NCBI GenBank assembly: GCA_001643675.2
Contig: LSRY02000055.1
Coordinates: 496,001 to 560,000, forward strand
DNA: 64,000 nt
Reading direction: 5' to 3'
DNA from: Monocercomonoides exilis PA203
Taxonomy: Eukaryota; Protista; Preaxostyla
Notes under the pieces: model-generated
The model's input: only the letters and a program-made list of their open reading frames with translations
What the model was told of the DNA's origin: nothing
Database searches by the model: none
Program-made: the position numbers and the translations under genes
In this document: positions 11,251-25,099 of the stretch, piece by piece
Position numbering within the stretch: the stretch's first letter is position 1
Layout of the letters: each line of letters opens with the position of its first letter

Positions 11251-13024
11251 TTTTTCATCCAAAAAAATTGAATGAAACCAAATCATACTATTTAGGAGTC
11301 AAACCTCTTGTCAAACATTACACACTTATCAACAACATGAATTTTTTTAAATTGCATTGCAACATTTCAATATGAGAATTAAGAATGTCTTTTTCAAAAT
11401 ATAACGATTCAGAAGTTGAATTCTTTGAATATGAATGAGTTTGATTAGCAATGACCAAACATTTATTGAAGTGAAAGCAAAAAGTGTTGGAATAAGCGAG
11501 TAGTTAATGAAAAATACAACATCAGCCATTATCATTCATAACTGGATGTCATTCAAATGATCACTATTATCATATCTGACATTTTGAATACAAAATTGAA
11601 ATTTCATCACAATGTGAAACAACTTTTGAAAAATTTCAGTTTTTTACAAATGAAGTGTTTTTCAAATGTTGGTGAAATGTCAAAACCAATAAATAAAACT
11701 TTTCTCAAAACAAATGAATAATTAATGAAAATGAAATGTGAACCTGCAAGAGTTACATGAAATGCAGTCATATTGAATAGCTCTTATAAATCAGAGCATT
11801 CCATTGATTACAATATAATAAAAAAAAGTCAGGGGGAAAAAAAATGATAAGCTCCATTTCAGAAATATCGAAAATAGAATAAATATACTCAGAAACAATT
11901 CTTTCTTGGATTTTCAAACAATTTGTTTGTTTATTGAAATTTTTGAGTGCGTGTTAATCAAAATAAAATGAAAAAAATTCACAAAAATAAATTGTTGATT
12001 CTGTTGACTCATTCTCTAAAAAAGAAAAAGAATAAAAATAAAATAAAAAATAAAAAAAAAAAATAAAACCAAGGAGTTGAAAAGGACCGAATTTGCGAAG
12101 TGAAAGAAACCAATAAATAAACAAACAAATAAAAAAGAAAGCATTTGTCTTTCTGTATTATAGAATCATATGTTGAATAAATCAAATGGAAGGTTTCAGT
12201 TGGCTGGTGAAATGCTAAAAATTATTCAGTTAGGAACCCTCTCCCTCCCCCTCTTCTATTTTTTCCCCCTCCACAAATACCTGGCCTTTTTTGTCATCTC
12301 AGAAACAAACAGTTTCAATTGTGATTAAAATGTTTCTTGTTCCAACCAGACAAATCAAATGCACCAGATCACCAATTATCCGAAATCTTGAAAAGAACCT
12401 TGATACTCCAATAATAACTTTCGAAAAGGCTCGTTTTCAAAAAATAATGCCCAACTGGATCACCATTCATAATGTCAATGCAGCTGACACTTTCTTCGTT
12501 CAAACTTTTCGATGATCAAAAATTTCATGTTTTGGCAATCAAATAGAGAAGCGGTTGCCAGAAATAGCTCTGTCATTCATTTACACACTTGAAGATGGCG
12601 GGAGGGAAAAATAGATGGATAAAGAGAGAGAAAGAAAGAGAGAGAGAGAGATCAGATTTGCTCCTTTGAGGATGTCTTGCCGAAGGACAAAGAAAAGAAA
12701 AGAAAGAAAAAATTCTTGCACCTGAAAATGAGCTGATGGTGCAAACTCAAATCACACTGAAATGATGCTCAAAGCGAATAGTGACTTCCATTCTGCACAG
12801 AATGGAAAAACGGGCAATGTCTCACACATGCAGGCAAATGAGTGCTGAACATTTCTCTTGGCTGTCCGACAAAATTCGTTTTTGAATGACTTTTCCGAAT
12901 ATGTGCGACTATTTCGCTCACTTGCCAGAAATCTTCCAAAAATGTATCAGCTGTAAACCAGAGCCTCGTTGTTGAATGCAAAAGAAATAGATCCTCAATT
13001 ATTGTTCAATTATTCTCGCACTTT

Positions 13025-16000
13025 TTATGCAACTTCATCCCTCATAATTTCTTTCATCCGTTTTTTCACCTCTCCCAGCGTGGGCCTTCCCCTCGCATCA
13101 TCCATCCACATCCTCTCCATCACCTCAATCAGCTCCTCTCCCTCAATCCCTTCCGTCAGCGGACGCACCCCATCCCTCATCATCTCCTGCGCTTCCTCTG
13201 CATCACACTCGCTCAACGGCTCTTCCCCTGTTGTCATTTCATGGAGAATCAGTCCAAGTGTGAAAACAACTGCTTTTCCAATTCCCTCATCTCCCACTTC
13301 CTCTTCATCATCTTCATTTTCGCTGTTAAGTTCAGGCGCCTTCCATCGCTTCATTTCTTCCTTCTGCTTTTCATCCTCCAATTCTTCATTCAATAGGTAT
13401 ATTTCATTATTTCCTTCCTCAACAAAGATTGTATGTGGGCACAATTGTTTCCCCATCATTTCCACTCTTTCATCATCAACCGATATCAAATGCTCAAACA
13501 GTTCTGCAACTGCTTTTACCACCTCCTTCCCATCAACAACATCCATTGCTCTTGTTCCCAGTGTGAAATCCCCTTCAACAGAATGAATCATCGAGTATAA
13601 TGTTTTGATGTTCTTTTTCTCTTTCTCTCGAAATGGCTTCTTTGCTGATATCACATTGAGTGAATGAGATTTTGGTGCCCCAGCAGCAGAATCATTCTCG
13701 GAAAATGGCAATGAAGATTCCAAATCTGGAAGATCGTTTTCATTCAGTATTTCATCATTGTTCATTGACGGAGGCTCTGGAAGATCTTCTTCATCGTTGT
13801 CAATGAGAAGCGGAATTTGGCTTGTCATCCCTTCCAGCAATGTCGATGGCATTTCACTCATCTCAAAGCTTCTTCCATTGTTTTCCCTTCTTCTCCTCTC
13901 CATCTTCTGCATTATCTGCTCATTTTCCAAAATTTCTTTCTCAACTTTCTTTTCCACTTCTCTTAGTTTCCTTCGCAAAAGCACAACAACCACAACAAAT
14001 AAACCAACAAAAATTAAAAGAGCAGCAATGCACCCAATAAAGGCAAATAAACTCCATTCAATCCCGCTTTCTCCTTTACAATCTTTGCAGCCTCCTTCTG
14101 AAATTCTATCATCTCCAGTTGAAGGAGACACAGTTTTATTTATCACAACCAATTTATTAGAGGATAATGAATTCCCTTTCCCAAACAGAATGCTCATGCT
14201 CACTTCTGTTTTCTTTCCCATCACTTCCACCTGCTCTGACGTGATAACCGAATGAATTTCGTTTTCTGAAACACACTCATTTTCTTCTATCTTTTGTGTT
14301 TGGATCAGTTCAACGTCCCCGTCTTTCATGCTTATCTTCAGCGACAAGTTGCACGGAAGAAGCAGCTTCCCCCGGATGCTCAAGTCCATGCCCCCACTCG
14401 CCTGTGTTGTGTTCTTCACTTCTTCCAGAACTGGGATGAAAAATGATGATGTTCTTTCACTCGCTATCCCTCCCAATTGACATCCTTCGTCCAAAATCCA
14501 AAGCGATGAGTTATCTTTCAGTCCGTCTCCACCTTTCACACTTGCAACATTCAGCTCGCTGTTCCCTGTGCAGATCACATTCCTTCGCGCTGACGGATAT
14601 CCCTCAACAGATGGATTGTTGTTCTCAAACTTGCTGTTTTCTATCATCAAGCTGCCTCCACTCACCCACAGCCCTCCTTCTTTGCTCTTCATAACTGTTG
14701 TTTCCTTCATCTCCACATTGCTGTTTTCAATGTCAATCAACGAGCCGCTCCATTCGCATAATTTCTCTCCTCTTCCTTGTTCTTCATTCACTGTCTCTGC
14801 TTCTTTCTCCTCTTTTTCTCCATCAAACACACATATCTCAACCTTCACTTCCTTGGATCGCCTTATCTGCATCATGCTTCCCTTCTCCACCGAATTCGCG
14901 CTTTTTTCAAACGAGCAGTTCAGCACACTCACCTCCTGTTCTGCGTCTTCCATCGCAACAACACATCTTTCTGATGCTACACTCACATTCTCTATCCTCA
15001 TGATCTTCATCACCACCTTCGCTTTTCCTCCAACACTCACAACATCTCCCTCACTTTTGATATTTGAAATGCTCGTTTCAAGCAGCGTCACATTCGATTC
15101 TCTGTTGAATAATAATATTGACCCTGTTGAGTGCAAATCTCTAAATGCTGAATCAAATATCCTCAGCTCTCCGCTTTCCACGCTCACAACCGAACTGCTC
15201 AGCTTCATGTCTTCTGCTGTTGCTGATGAGTAGAACTCGCATTTTTGGATCTCCATTGACCCGTTCTTCACTTTCATGATGTAGCTGTGAGAAGCCTCAA
15301 ACGTATCTTCAAACTCGAATGAGCACCTCTCCACAGCGCTTTCATTTATAAACTCCATGATGCAATCCTTCTCTGCCGATTTCTCAATCTTAGATTTCAG
15401 CTTCACAATCGCCTGTGTCTTTTTGTATGAGTTCACATTCAGATCTCCAATCACACATTCCTTTGTCACAGTCCCTTCTCCGTCAATCAGAATCGCATTC
15501 ATCACTCCTTGCTCAATGTGGTCAATCGCTTCGTTGATGCTGCTGCATGGGTTGCCCTGAGCTCCGCATCGTCTGCCATCATCCCCCGACCCATTCAAAA
15601 ACACTTGAAGACCTTTGAAGAATGTGATCAGCGGAATAACATCCATGTCAGTTTTCCCCTCCGAATCACTCCCGCAGATGGAGTTGTTTGTGCCCAATGA
15701 TTCCTGGTTGTAGTTCAGCGAGAACAGTGTTTCGTTGATCTGGTGCCCAATTGAATGGCATTTGATGAATATGTCTTTCCCCACAAATGCGTCGTTCAGC
15801 CTGAACAAGATATTCACAATCTTGAAATTCAGTGATGGAATCTGACTTTCATCATCAATGTTAACATTTCGTGGGTCTGCTCCATCGATATACAGCCCTC
15901 CACCGCGCCCTGATCCCGTCGAGCATCTGCATGTCGAAAACGTGCTCCCATTCACCTTCAAAACCGATTCTTCACTCTTCAGCACCAATTTCATTCCTCC

Positions 16001-19000
16001 TCCTTCTGTGTTCGAATCGCTCCTGCACGTGGACATTGTGCAGTCTTCGATCGTGCATTTCATCGCATAATCAAACGATCCCAATTCAATCGCACTTGCT
16101 CTGCTTCCTTCGTTTATGATGTTTTCAAACGAACAGTACACAACTTTCAACACAGGCTTGTTGCCATTCAAACGAGTGTTTTCATTTCCATTCATCTGGT
16201 TTTCCTCTTCTATCATCGAAATCAGGCTATTTTCTTTCAAAGTCGCTGATGAAATGTTCACATTCTGGATCGTCACCTGGCTCGCAGTTTGGCTGAATGC
16301 AATGAATCCTTTCAATTCGTTGATCTTATTCAAAGTGCAGCTCTGAACTGCTGCGCTCCCTCCGTTCACTTTTATCAGGCAACACTCAAAACTTTCAACA
16401 TTCCCGCCAGCTGACCCAAATGAGCAGTCCGTAACTGACAAGACTGAATTCGTTCCTGATGATTCAATGAATACTGCATGATTGGTGGTTGTGCTGGGTT
16501 TGGTGAACGAGACATTCACAAACGACAGACTCACATTCGATGATATCATTGAATCTTTCAGATCATTCCCATCTTCATCAGATATTGTCACAGCTGTCCC
16601 TTTCTTTGTTCCTTTTATCACAACTGCTGGAGCCTCTGAATCTGGCAAAGTTGGCAACGAAGACAAGAATGATATCGAATGGCTCAGCAACCCTGAATCC
16701 CCAATGCTGATCTGGGATTCGCCTTTTCCAAGTGTCGAATATCTCAGTGATATCAGGTGATTGATCGATGAACACGGTGCTTCAGAAAAGCCACACCCAC
16801 TGAAGTCTCCTCCTTTTTCATTCGATACAAACCCATCTTTGCTCCAGTTCCTCCACAAATACACAACCAATGGAATCACATATCCCTCATCTGTGCTTGC
16901 TCTCTCCCATCCACACAGCTCATCCAATGACTTCTCATCACTTGCACTCAACCCCCATTTCAGTTGTTCGTTTGACATAACATCGTCCAGCTCATTTCCC
17001 GATATGAACACTTTCTTCCCTTTCCAAGCATTGCACCTGCTGAATGTCACTCCTTCCATCTGAAATGATCCCATTGTATCTGCCAATTCAACAAACATCC
17101 CTCCTCCCATTCCTCTTCCTTTCTGCAAGTTGTCCTCTGTTGGCACCTGGCATCCTGTGAATGTTACGCTATTAATCTCCAAACTTCCTCCGTTCTCAGC
17201 TGAAATCATCATCCCTCCTCCTTTCATCCCACCTCCCCCTGTGCATGTTGTTGAAATGCTGCAGTTATCCACAACTGCGCTTCCTCCTTCTTTTATCGCA
17301 GCACTGATGCAACCTCTTCCTTCTACGCTCCCACCTTCCACCGTCACTCCACTCACTCTGCTGTTCTTTATCTCCAGCTTCTCTCCATTGCTTATTGTTA
17401 TTGGTGATTTGCCGTTCATCGTCAGTGTCGTTACACTTTCCATCATCAATCCATCCACAATCAGTTCTCCTCCCGCAACATTCAACACGTTGTATCCTAT
17501 CTTTCCACCCGTAAATGCTCCACTTTCAAATGACACTGAACAGCTCGCCAGACGCAGTGTTGATGATGAATGGATGAGTGCTCTTCTTCTCGAACTCAAC
17601 TGTCCTTTCACAACAAATGAAATACTGCTTATAGTCAGAGAATTCGAACATCCGACAAACCAATCTTGTGTGCTTGATCCTTCTTCAACCACATTCACTT
17701 TCACCCTTGTTATCTCTTCTCCTGCTGTCACTTTCCCCGAAACACTCACATCGAATGAAGGCCCGATGACTTCATCCTTTATTGATGATTCAGAAGAAAC
17801 CTCAACTCTTTGGAAGCCTTTCGGAACTCGAGTGCTCATGCAATAATTGATTGTTTCACACCCAAACTTCTCAAATCCACAGTAGCTGTGATCCAATGCC
17901 CTCTCTCCGCTCCCATCGACAGTCAGCTTCGATTCGATGGTGAACAAATACACAAACAGCGGAATCACTTTCTCTCCGTTCCCATCCTCGCTCCCGCACA
18001 ACTTCAGCACATCTGTTGGTATTTCGCTTGAATCAAAAAACTTAAATGTTGTTGCATCTATTTTTGAGTCCAATAGCACACCACTCCCACAGCTCACAAA
18101 CACGTCTTTCCCATATTTTGCTTTTGTTAAAAAATGAAGATGAAAATTTAACTTCTGATGCAATTTCCAACTTGCTCTTCGTGCTCAGCATCTCCAGCTG
18201 CAATCCTCCCCCTGTCCCTTCATTTGCTTCAAGCTTATTCGCCTCGCATCCATCGATTTTCGTCGATCCATTCACAACAACACTTCCTTCTCCCGTCACA
18301 CTCACACACAACCCTCCTCCTCTTCCTTCTTTTCCGTCTTTTCCATGGCATTTGCAATTTTTAACTGTGCACGTGTCTATTTCAACTCTTCCATTTAGCC
18401 CAGCCCCTCTGTCCACACCAACTGTTCCAACAACCCATCCTCCGTTCCCATATTTCTTTTCCACGCTTGAGACTTTGCATTCTGAAAAGCGCACAAAGTT
18501 CACGCCCCCGACAAATTGAACCAACGAGCTGCTTTCAAACACCAATGTCCGATCAATCAACAATTTTTCCAATATCATATCTCCTCCAATCGCCTTGACA
18601 AAGACATATCCAATTGAGTGATCCCCATCGTCATTCGATGAACAGACAACTGAGCATTCTGAGAGCGTAAGGAGCGTGGAATTTGCTAAAATCAGCGATG
18701 GAGCACCTGACAGAACCGTCGGAATGCTGAAATCGATGCTGCTGATGGAACATTCGCTCTGCACATCAATCAAATATTGAAGTCCAGTAGTTTCTGGATC
18801 AACAACCTTCACACTCTTTTCATTTCCGGTGCAAAAGATCTCCCATTTATAAGCATCACTCATCGACACTACTTCTGCCAGCTCCAATCCTGAATCAAGC
18901 TCGATTTTTTTATTCACACCTGCATATCGCAACTGAGCAGCGTGGGTGATGGTGGCACACGGATAATAAGCAAATCCGCAGAATTGCGAATCATATCCTC

Positions 19001-21914
19001 CCAATTGGTTCTTTGCCTTCCCCACATGTGCAGCAGCCGGAAATGTGTCCAGAAACACATTCAGTGGGAATTTCTTCATATCTTCATCACTCCGATCGAA
19101 TCCCTCCAGCTCGTCGAATGCCGATGTGTTTCGCGGAACATTAAACTTTGAAGAGGAGATGCCCCATTTCACACAATTGCTCCCATTCACAAACAGAAAT
19201 TTCCCCCCCAATGTTGCTGTACAACCTGAAAAGTCAACAGCCATCATCGAGATATCGAAGGCAGAACTTTCCCCGATATTTTCCAGATACAGCATCATCC
19301 CTCCTCCATATTTGTTACACTTGCATCTGTTCAATTTTGTTTCCTCGTTTGCCGCGGCTGTTGAACTCCCCACCCGCAACTTGCTTGAAGATGATTCCAA
19401 CTCGACCTTGATCCCACCACCACTTCCAGTCTTGCACTCGCAATCTTCGATTGTCACATTCTTGACCACAAACGTTTCTCCTGCCTTCACACTCTTTGCC
19501 ACAACCACCCCATCTCCTTCAGTCAACTTCACATTCGTCACCTTCACATTCGCCAGCACGCTGTCTCCTGATGCTGTGGCTGTCAGATACAGTGCAGATG
19601 ACGATAATGACGACAATGAAGAAGAAGAAGAAGAAGGAGAAGATGGATTCGGCTCAGAGAACAATGGTTTTGAGACATTCAAATTTATGATCTCCACATC
19701 AACCATCGACAGCTGTGACAGCGGCACCACAAACACTGACGACGACATCACATAGTTTCCTGAAGAAACACTCGTGGTGATCACAACATCCTCCAATGAG
19801 AGTGACCCACCCCCATCAGACACCACAACCACATTCGGCGAAGAAGGATTTATATTTGAGTTGCAATCAACTTTCATGTGCAATAAACCAAGGTTTCCTG
19901 TCGAAACACTGAACAACGTTCCTACTGCTGATGATGATGAAAGGGCTCCTATTTCGATCGAACTCTTATCTTTGCCTTTCCCAATGACTGAAATCTTCTT
20001 TGTTCCAATCTCAATTGTTGTTGTCTCACTTTTGTGATTCCCTTCCATCAGTGTTATTGTCAAGCTAATCTGTATTTCGCACATCTCAAGCGCCTTCTTC
20101 ACTGTCAGACAAGGATTTGATTCATTTGACCCGCACAGTTCATACAAGTCATTTCCATTCACCGAAACATAAATCGTCTTATCCTTCAACCATTCCTTCT
20201 TTTCTGTGTGCTGAAATGTCCAAGCATTTGCATTCGAGTAGTTGTATGCATAACACACTCTTTGATCATTCGCGTTTGTTGTATAACATTCATAGAACGG
20301 ATTGTCTGAAGTCGAAATGGCATTGTAATAATCAAAATACATCACATCATGCCCATATGGATTGGAGGTTGTTCTGCATTTGCATTCATGGAAGAACAAA
20401 AAATAACAATAAAATTTATCATTTGGCGCTGTTGCTCGATTTGGATACAATTCCAACCCTCCACCATATCCATTTGCTGTACATGAAATAAATTGAATGC
20501 TCCTCATTTTGAACTGACTTGGAACAGTCACACAACGCATGCCTCCACCTCCATTGCTTGTCAATGAGCATGAGGTGAAACTGCAGTCAAACACACACGC
20601 ACTCTCCCCTCCTCCATTTTCTGAACCAATGCAATCAGCTCCTGAAACCTGAAAACTTTCGAGAAGAAGTCCTCCTCCTAAGCCACTAGCTTTGCAATTC
20701 TGGAATTTACATCCGCTGATCCGAGCACATGTTGAAACAGAGCTGACGTACATTCCTCCTCCATATTGATTTTGTGCTGTACACTCATTGAACACATCGT
20801 TTTCGATATGAACAGACTTTATTGTATTGCACATAATTCCACCTCCGCGACTGAATGCAAAACAGTTATTAAACAGACAATTCGAAACAGAGAGCTCTCC
20901 AGAATTGAGATTATACATGAAAATAGCCCCTCCACTTGATATTCCATCAGTATACGAGTCGCTTTCTCCTGTTGTTTTCGATCCACTCCATTCACACCAA
21001 ATAAATGAGTTTGCTCCATTGGTTGTTGTATTCTGTCTTCCTGGAGTTAACTTTCTGACTGATGTTCCTTCACATACAACATTCTTTGTCCGGCAACATC
21101 CGATGAATGAAGTGTTTGAAACAGATAAGGAAGCCAAGGGGTTGTTGAGTGAGGGAACAATCCCTCCATCATATGCGTCGCAAACTGATGAAAAGGAGCA
21201 ACTATTCATCAAACAAGTGGTTTGGGTTAACATTGTGGTTGAAGGTGAACATGCCTCATTTGCTGTTGAGATGTTGAAAAATGTCAGATGGGAGAGGGAT
21301 ACAAGGGGTATTGAAGGGGATGAGAGGAACGGGGCTGATGAGACACAAAAAGAAGAGAAGTGTGATTCACTCACTGAAATACTCCCTTCAATGCCTTCTC
21401 CATATCCATCTCCTTCTCTTCCTCTTCCTCTTCCTCTTCCTCCTTCTCCTTCACCTGCTTTTTCTTCACCTCCACCCTTCTCCCCTCCATATCCCTTCCC
21501 TCCAAACAGCCTTCCCGAGTATATCTCTCCCCCACTTCTCCACCCCTTCAATGTGATGTTCCTCAACACCCCAATGCTCCTGCTCAGATCAAATGCCCCT
21601 GCACCATCATCCTTCCCCATCCCCATAACACATCCTCTCACCACAACCACACTCCCTTTCCTTCCACACACAACATTTCTGCGCTCGTCCTTTATCAGCA
21701 ATATCCTATTCATTGTAATTGATGAATTTTGCATGTGTATGCATCCTCTAATATAACTTTTGCAATTTTTATATTTATAATCTTTTGAAAAAATAAATGA
21801 TCAAAAATTGAAATAACTGTCATCTATCAATCAATATAGGAGCATACTTCGATATTCTGCACTTAGCATACAGGCATATATCAATACGCTAAAATAACAA
21901 ACAGTTGATGACAT
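13025..21914 (-). CDS. Giant type-I membrane receptor-like protein (~2,900 aa): signal peptide, Cys/Gly-rich beta-helix-like ectodomain repeats, one TM helix, C-terminal kinase-like (pseudokinase) domain; one frameshift
   Basis: Predicted exon 1 21914-21848 (MSSTVCYFSVLIYACMLSAEYR) and a 66-nt GTATG...AAG intron 21847-21782 that splices in frame to ORF 18042-21734. Removing one A at 18122-18125 joins it to ORF 13025-18163 (FFN-KAKYGKDVF). Repeated 'GGG..l' and 'CG....PC.TI' modules. TM 'WSLFAFIGCIAALLIFVGLFVVVVVLL' (~13978-14057). Kinase C-lobe motifs RWKAPEL, VFTLGLILHEMTTGEEP and RPT. Confidence 0.85.
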
Positions 21915-22216
21915 GTTTAAAAAGATATTAACCTTTTTCCGATTATTATATTATTGAAATTAATGATGGGTATATATTTTTTTATTGTTTGTATATTTTT
22001 AATATTAATAATATATATATAATTATTAGTTTATAGATAAAATTTTATTTTATATATCTATAATAGAACTACTAAATTTCGCAAGGAAAAGAATAATTTA
22101 AAATAATTTCAAGATAGCATGATTTAAAATGCGAACATTTTTAAACTCCTAACATTTTTTGTTTGCGTTTTTTTTAATCAAAACGAAAAATAAAAATGTT
22201 TGATGATCCAGCTTTG

Positions 22217-22469
22217 AATATATGTCAAAATTTTTTTGAAAAGTTCCTTTTGTATAATTTTCAAATACAGAAAAATTTTCATATTTCAATCAATTTTCTG
22301 TTCCTTCTCACGAAACTTTTCTTGAATGAAAATAATAACATTGTGAAGATTTTCTTTTCATGACAGCGAAATTTGGTGAGTGGGAATAGATATTTGATAG
22401 AAAAAGAAATTTCAATTTTATTTGAAAATTAAACAAAAGGAACTTTTCAAAAAAATTTTGACATATATT
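22217..22469. mobile_element. MITE-like element (~253 bp) with ~51-bp TIRs
   Basis: AATATATGTCAAAATTTTTTTGAAAAGTTCCTTTTGT... (22217-22267) versus its inverse at 22419-22469, one mismatch. Confidence 0.7.
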
Positions 22470-22547
22470 TAATAATCATGAAAATATTTTTCATATCAAT
22501 ATTTGTGTTTGATGAATATCTTGTGAATTTTTAATCTATATTTGATT

Positions 22548-24272
22548 ATTTGTTTCGTCCCATTTGGACTAAGTTTCTGTCTTTGTACTTTTTTAACTAG
22601 AAGGTTATAAAGCAAATAAAACAAAGTTTAATAGATGCGAATATTATTTGCTTTTAACTATTTTTTCGATTGTTTTTCACATTTTATTGTTTTTATCAAA
22701 AAATTCGAAAAATGGAAATTTCTTTGTAATAAAATGTTTTTTTTGATTTTCAAATTATGCTTATGAAAAGTTAACAACTCACATAAAGTGTTCAATTTGT
22801 TTAAAATATTGAGAAATGTTGTTATTGAAATTGCATTAATCAATTTTTGATTATTTCATTTTTGCTCATTTAATTTTTGATTCTAATAAGTATGATAAAC
22901 AAGTTAAATTTGCGATATGGGACAAAATATTTGACTTCAGGCATTTTCATTAAAAAATTATGCATTTTCGATGAACTTTTTGTGATCTTTGAATTTGAAA
23001 AAAAAAGTTTATTTTTTGAAATACCTGTGACATCACAAAACAATTTGTGATCACATCAATGACGTTTGTTTGCAGTTATGAAAATCAAATTTATTTTGAA
23101 ATCTAGTTAAGTTTAAAAATGTTATAAGTTAAACAATTTTTCCATGCTTTGTGTATAAAAAGCTTGAAAGTCCGTATTTTCCCCCATATGTTTTTATCTA
23201 ATTACACCAAAAATTATTCGAAATCGAAAAAGTTTATTTCAAAATCTTAAATGTTTAATTCAACATCGAAAATTCTTTATCATCTTAAAATTCGAAAAAA
23301 TTAATAAAATTCATACTAATGTCAGTTTCTTTTCTTTCAGTGAATAATCTGAGGAATTTGTCAACTTCAATTAGAAATAAATATTTTAGATGTGTTTGTG
23401 GGATTTGATTTTGTTCAATAAAGTGAATATAAAAAAATTGAATATTTTTTAATTCTTCACATGTACTCAGAATATAATAAGCAATTTTTGCAAAAAATAA
23501 AAGTGATACGATAGTTCAAGATCTTGTTTTGTGCACAAAAATTCAAAAAATCATTTCATTTACCGAAAACAAAATGTTTTGTATTTCATTTATTGCATTG
23601 GAAACTGATAAAATATTTCATTTTCAATATTCAAAATGAGAAAAGAATCGATTGATATCAGTCTATATCGTAGAAAACAGTAGCAAAAAACGAAAGAAAA
23701 ACATTTCTATAAATAAACATTTGTTGCTATTAACATTTGTTTCAATAAAATATCCTTGGTTTTGACTTGAATTGAAATTCTGAACTAATTAATTTCATTT
23801 TCGATTTTGAAATAAACATTTTCGATGTTGAATTAAACATTTTAGATTTTGAAATAAACTTTTTCGATTTCGAATAATTTTTGGTGTAATTAGATAAAAA
23901 CATATCGCAAATTTAACTTGTTTATCATACTTATTAGAATCAAAAATTAAATGAGCAAAAATGAAATAATCAAAAATTGATTAATGCAATTTCAATAACA
24001 ACATTTCTCAATATTTTAAACAAATTGAACACTTTATGTGAGTTGTTAACTTTTCATAAGCATAATTTGAAAATCAAAAAAAACATTTTATTACAAAGAA
24101 ATTTCCATTTTTCGAATTTTTTGATAAAAACAATAAAATGTGAAAAACAATCGAAAAAATAGTTAAAAGCAAATAATATTCGCATCTATTAAACTTTGTT
24201 TTATTTGCTTTATAACCTTCTAGTTAAAAAAGTACAAAGACAGAAACTTAGTCCAAATGGGACGAAACAAAT
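22548..24272. repeat. Foldback structure with ~455-bp arms; left arm interrupted by a MITE
   Basis: 22548-22919 is the reverse complement of 23901-24272 (this explains the identical 61-aa ORFs on opposite strands). 23186-23273 is the reverse complement of 23818-23905. Confidence 0.92.
22919..23185 (+). mobile_element. 267-bp MITE with GGG...CCC termini and an ATAT target duplication (Sola-like by termini/TSD)
   Basis: gcg-ATAT-[GGGACAAAATATTTGACTTCAGG...CTTGAAAGTCCGTATTTTCCCCC]-ATAT-gtt. The opposite arm keeps the empty site gcgATATgtt (around 23898-23908). Confidence 0.85.
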
Positions 24273-25099
24273 GTGTATTTCTTTTTGAAAATTCACCACA
24301 GATCAATAATCCAACAAATGGACTTTATTTATTGAACATTTTGTTTCCTTAATAATGGAGAAAAAATCGAATTTTCACTATTTGGTTTGCTTATTCATTA
24401 CAAACCTCTTCACAAAATATATATATATATATATGGCACAATCTTTTTGAAAAGTCGGAAAACTTTAATTTGTCACCCTTAAAAGATCAAAAAATAAAAT
24501 ATTTTCAATTCTATTGTTTTAATCAAAATCCATTATTGTATTAAAACAATTGTTCATTTTAGTGATGTTTTGGATTTTTTTGTGAAAGTTATGTTTTTCA
24601 TGTTTTATTTTTATTATTTATTTTCGATCAATCAAAAATATTCTGTAAGTTATTGCAACTAAAGAAAGGCACAATTTTGTAGAAATGACGGAGAATTCAG
24701 AATAATAATTGATTTCTTTAAAGAAAAACACGCAAAATTTGTTGAAATTCTCTTTTTTCAAAACAAAATAAGGAGTTTGAATATGTGATGAATTTTGATA
24801 AGATCACAAATCAATAGTCAAAAATTTGAAAATGAAGGTGTAAATTTTTTCAGTTTGTTTTGAAATTTTCATTTTAGGCTTTTTTTGTAATCAGACGTAC
24901 ACATATAATCTTTATTTTGAAAAAAATTGTTGAAGTTTTGAATTTGAATTACAGAACGAACAACGAAAGAAGTTGAAGAATGAAAATTTTGGAAACACTC
25001 TCACGGAAGTTTCTTACGATCAAATGTTCGCGCCAATAGCAGAAAATGCCTCTCCAAAATGATTTTTCATCTATATTATCAGATTCACTGTCTCCTGAA

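Noticed and set aside
12969-21756. Many plus-strand ORFs overlapping the receptor gene
   Set aside because: They are antisense shadows of the long minus-strand coding frame.
22658-24162. Two identical 61-aa ORFs
   Set aside because: They are artefacts of the inverted arms in AT-rich non-coding DNA.
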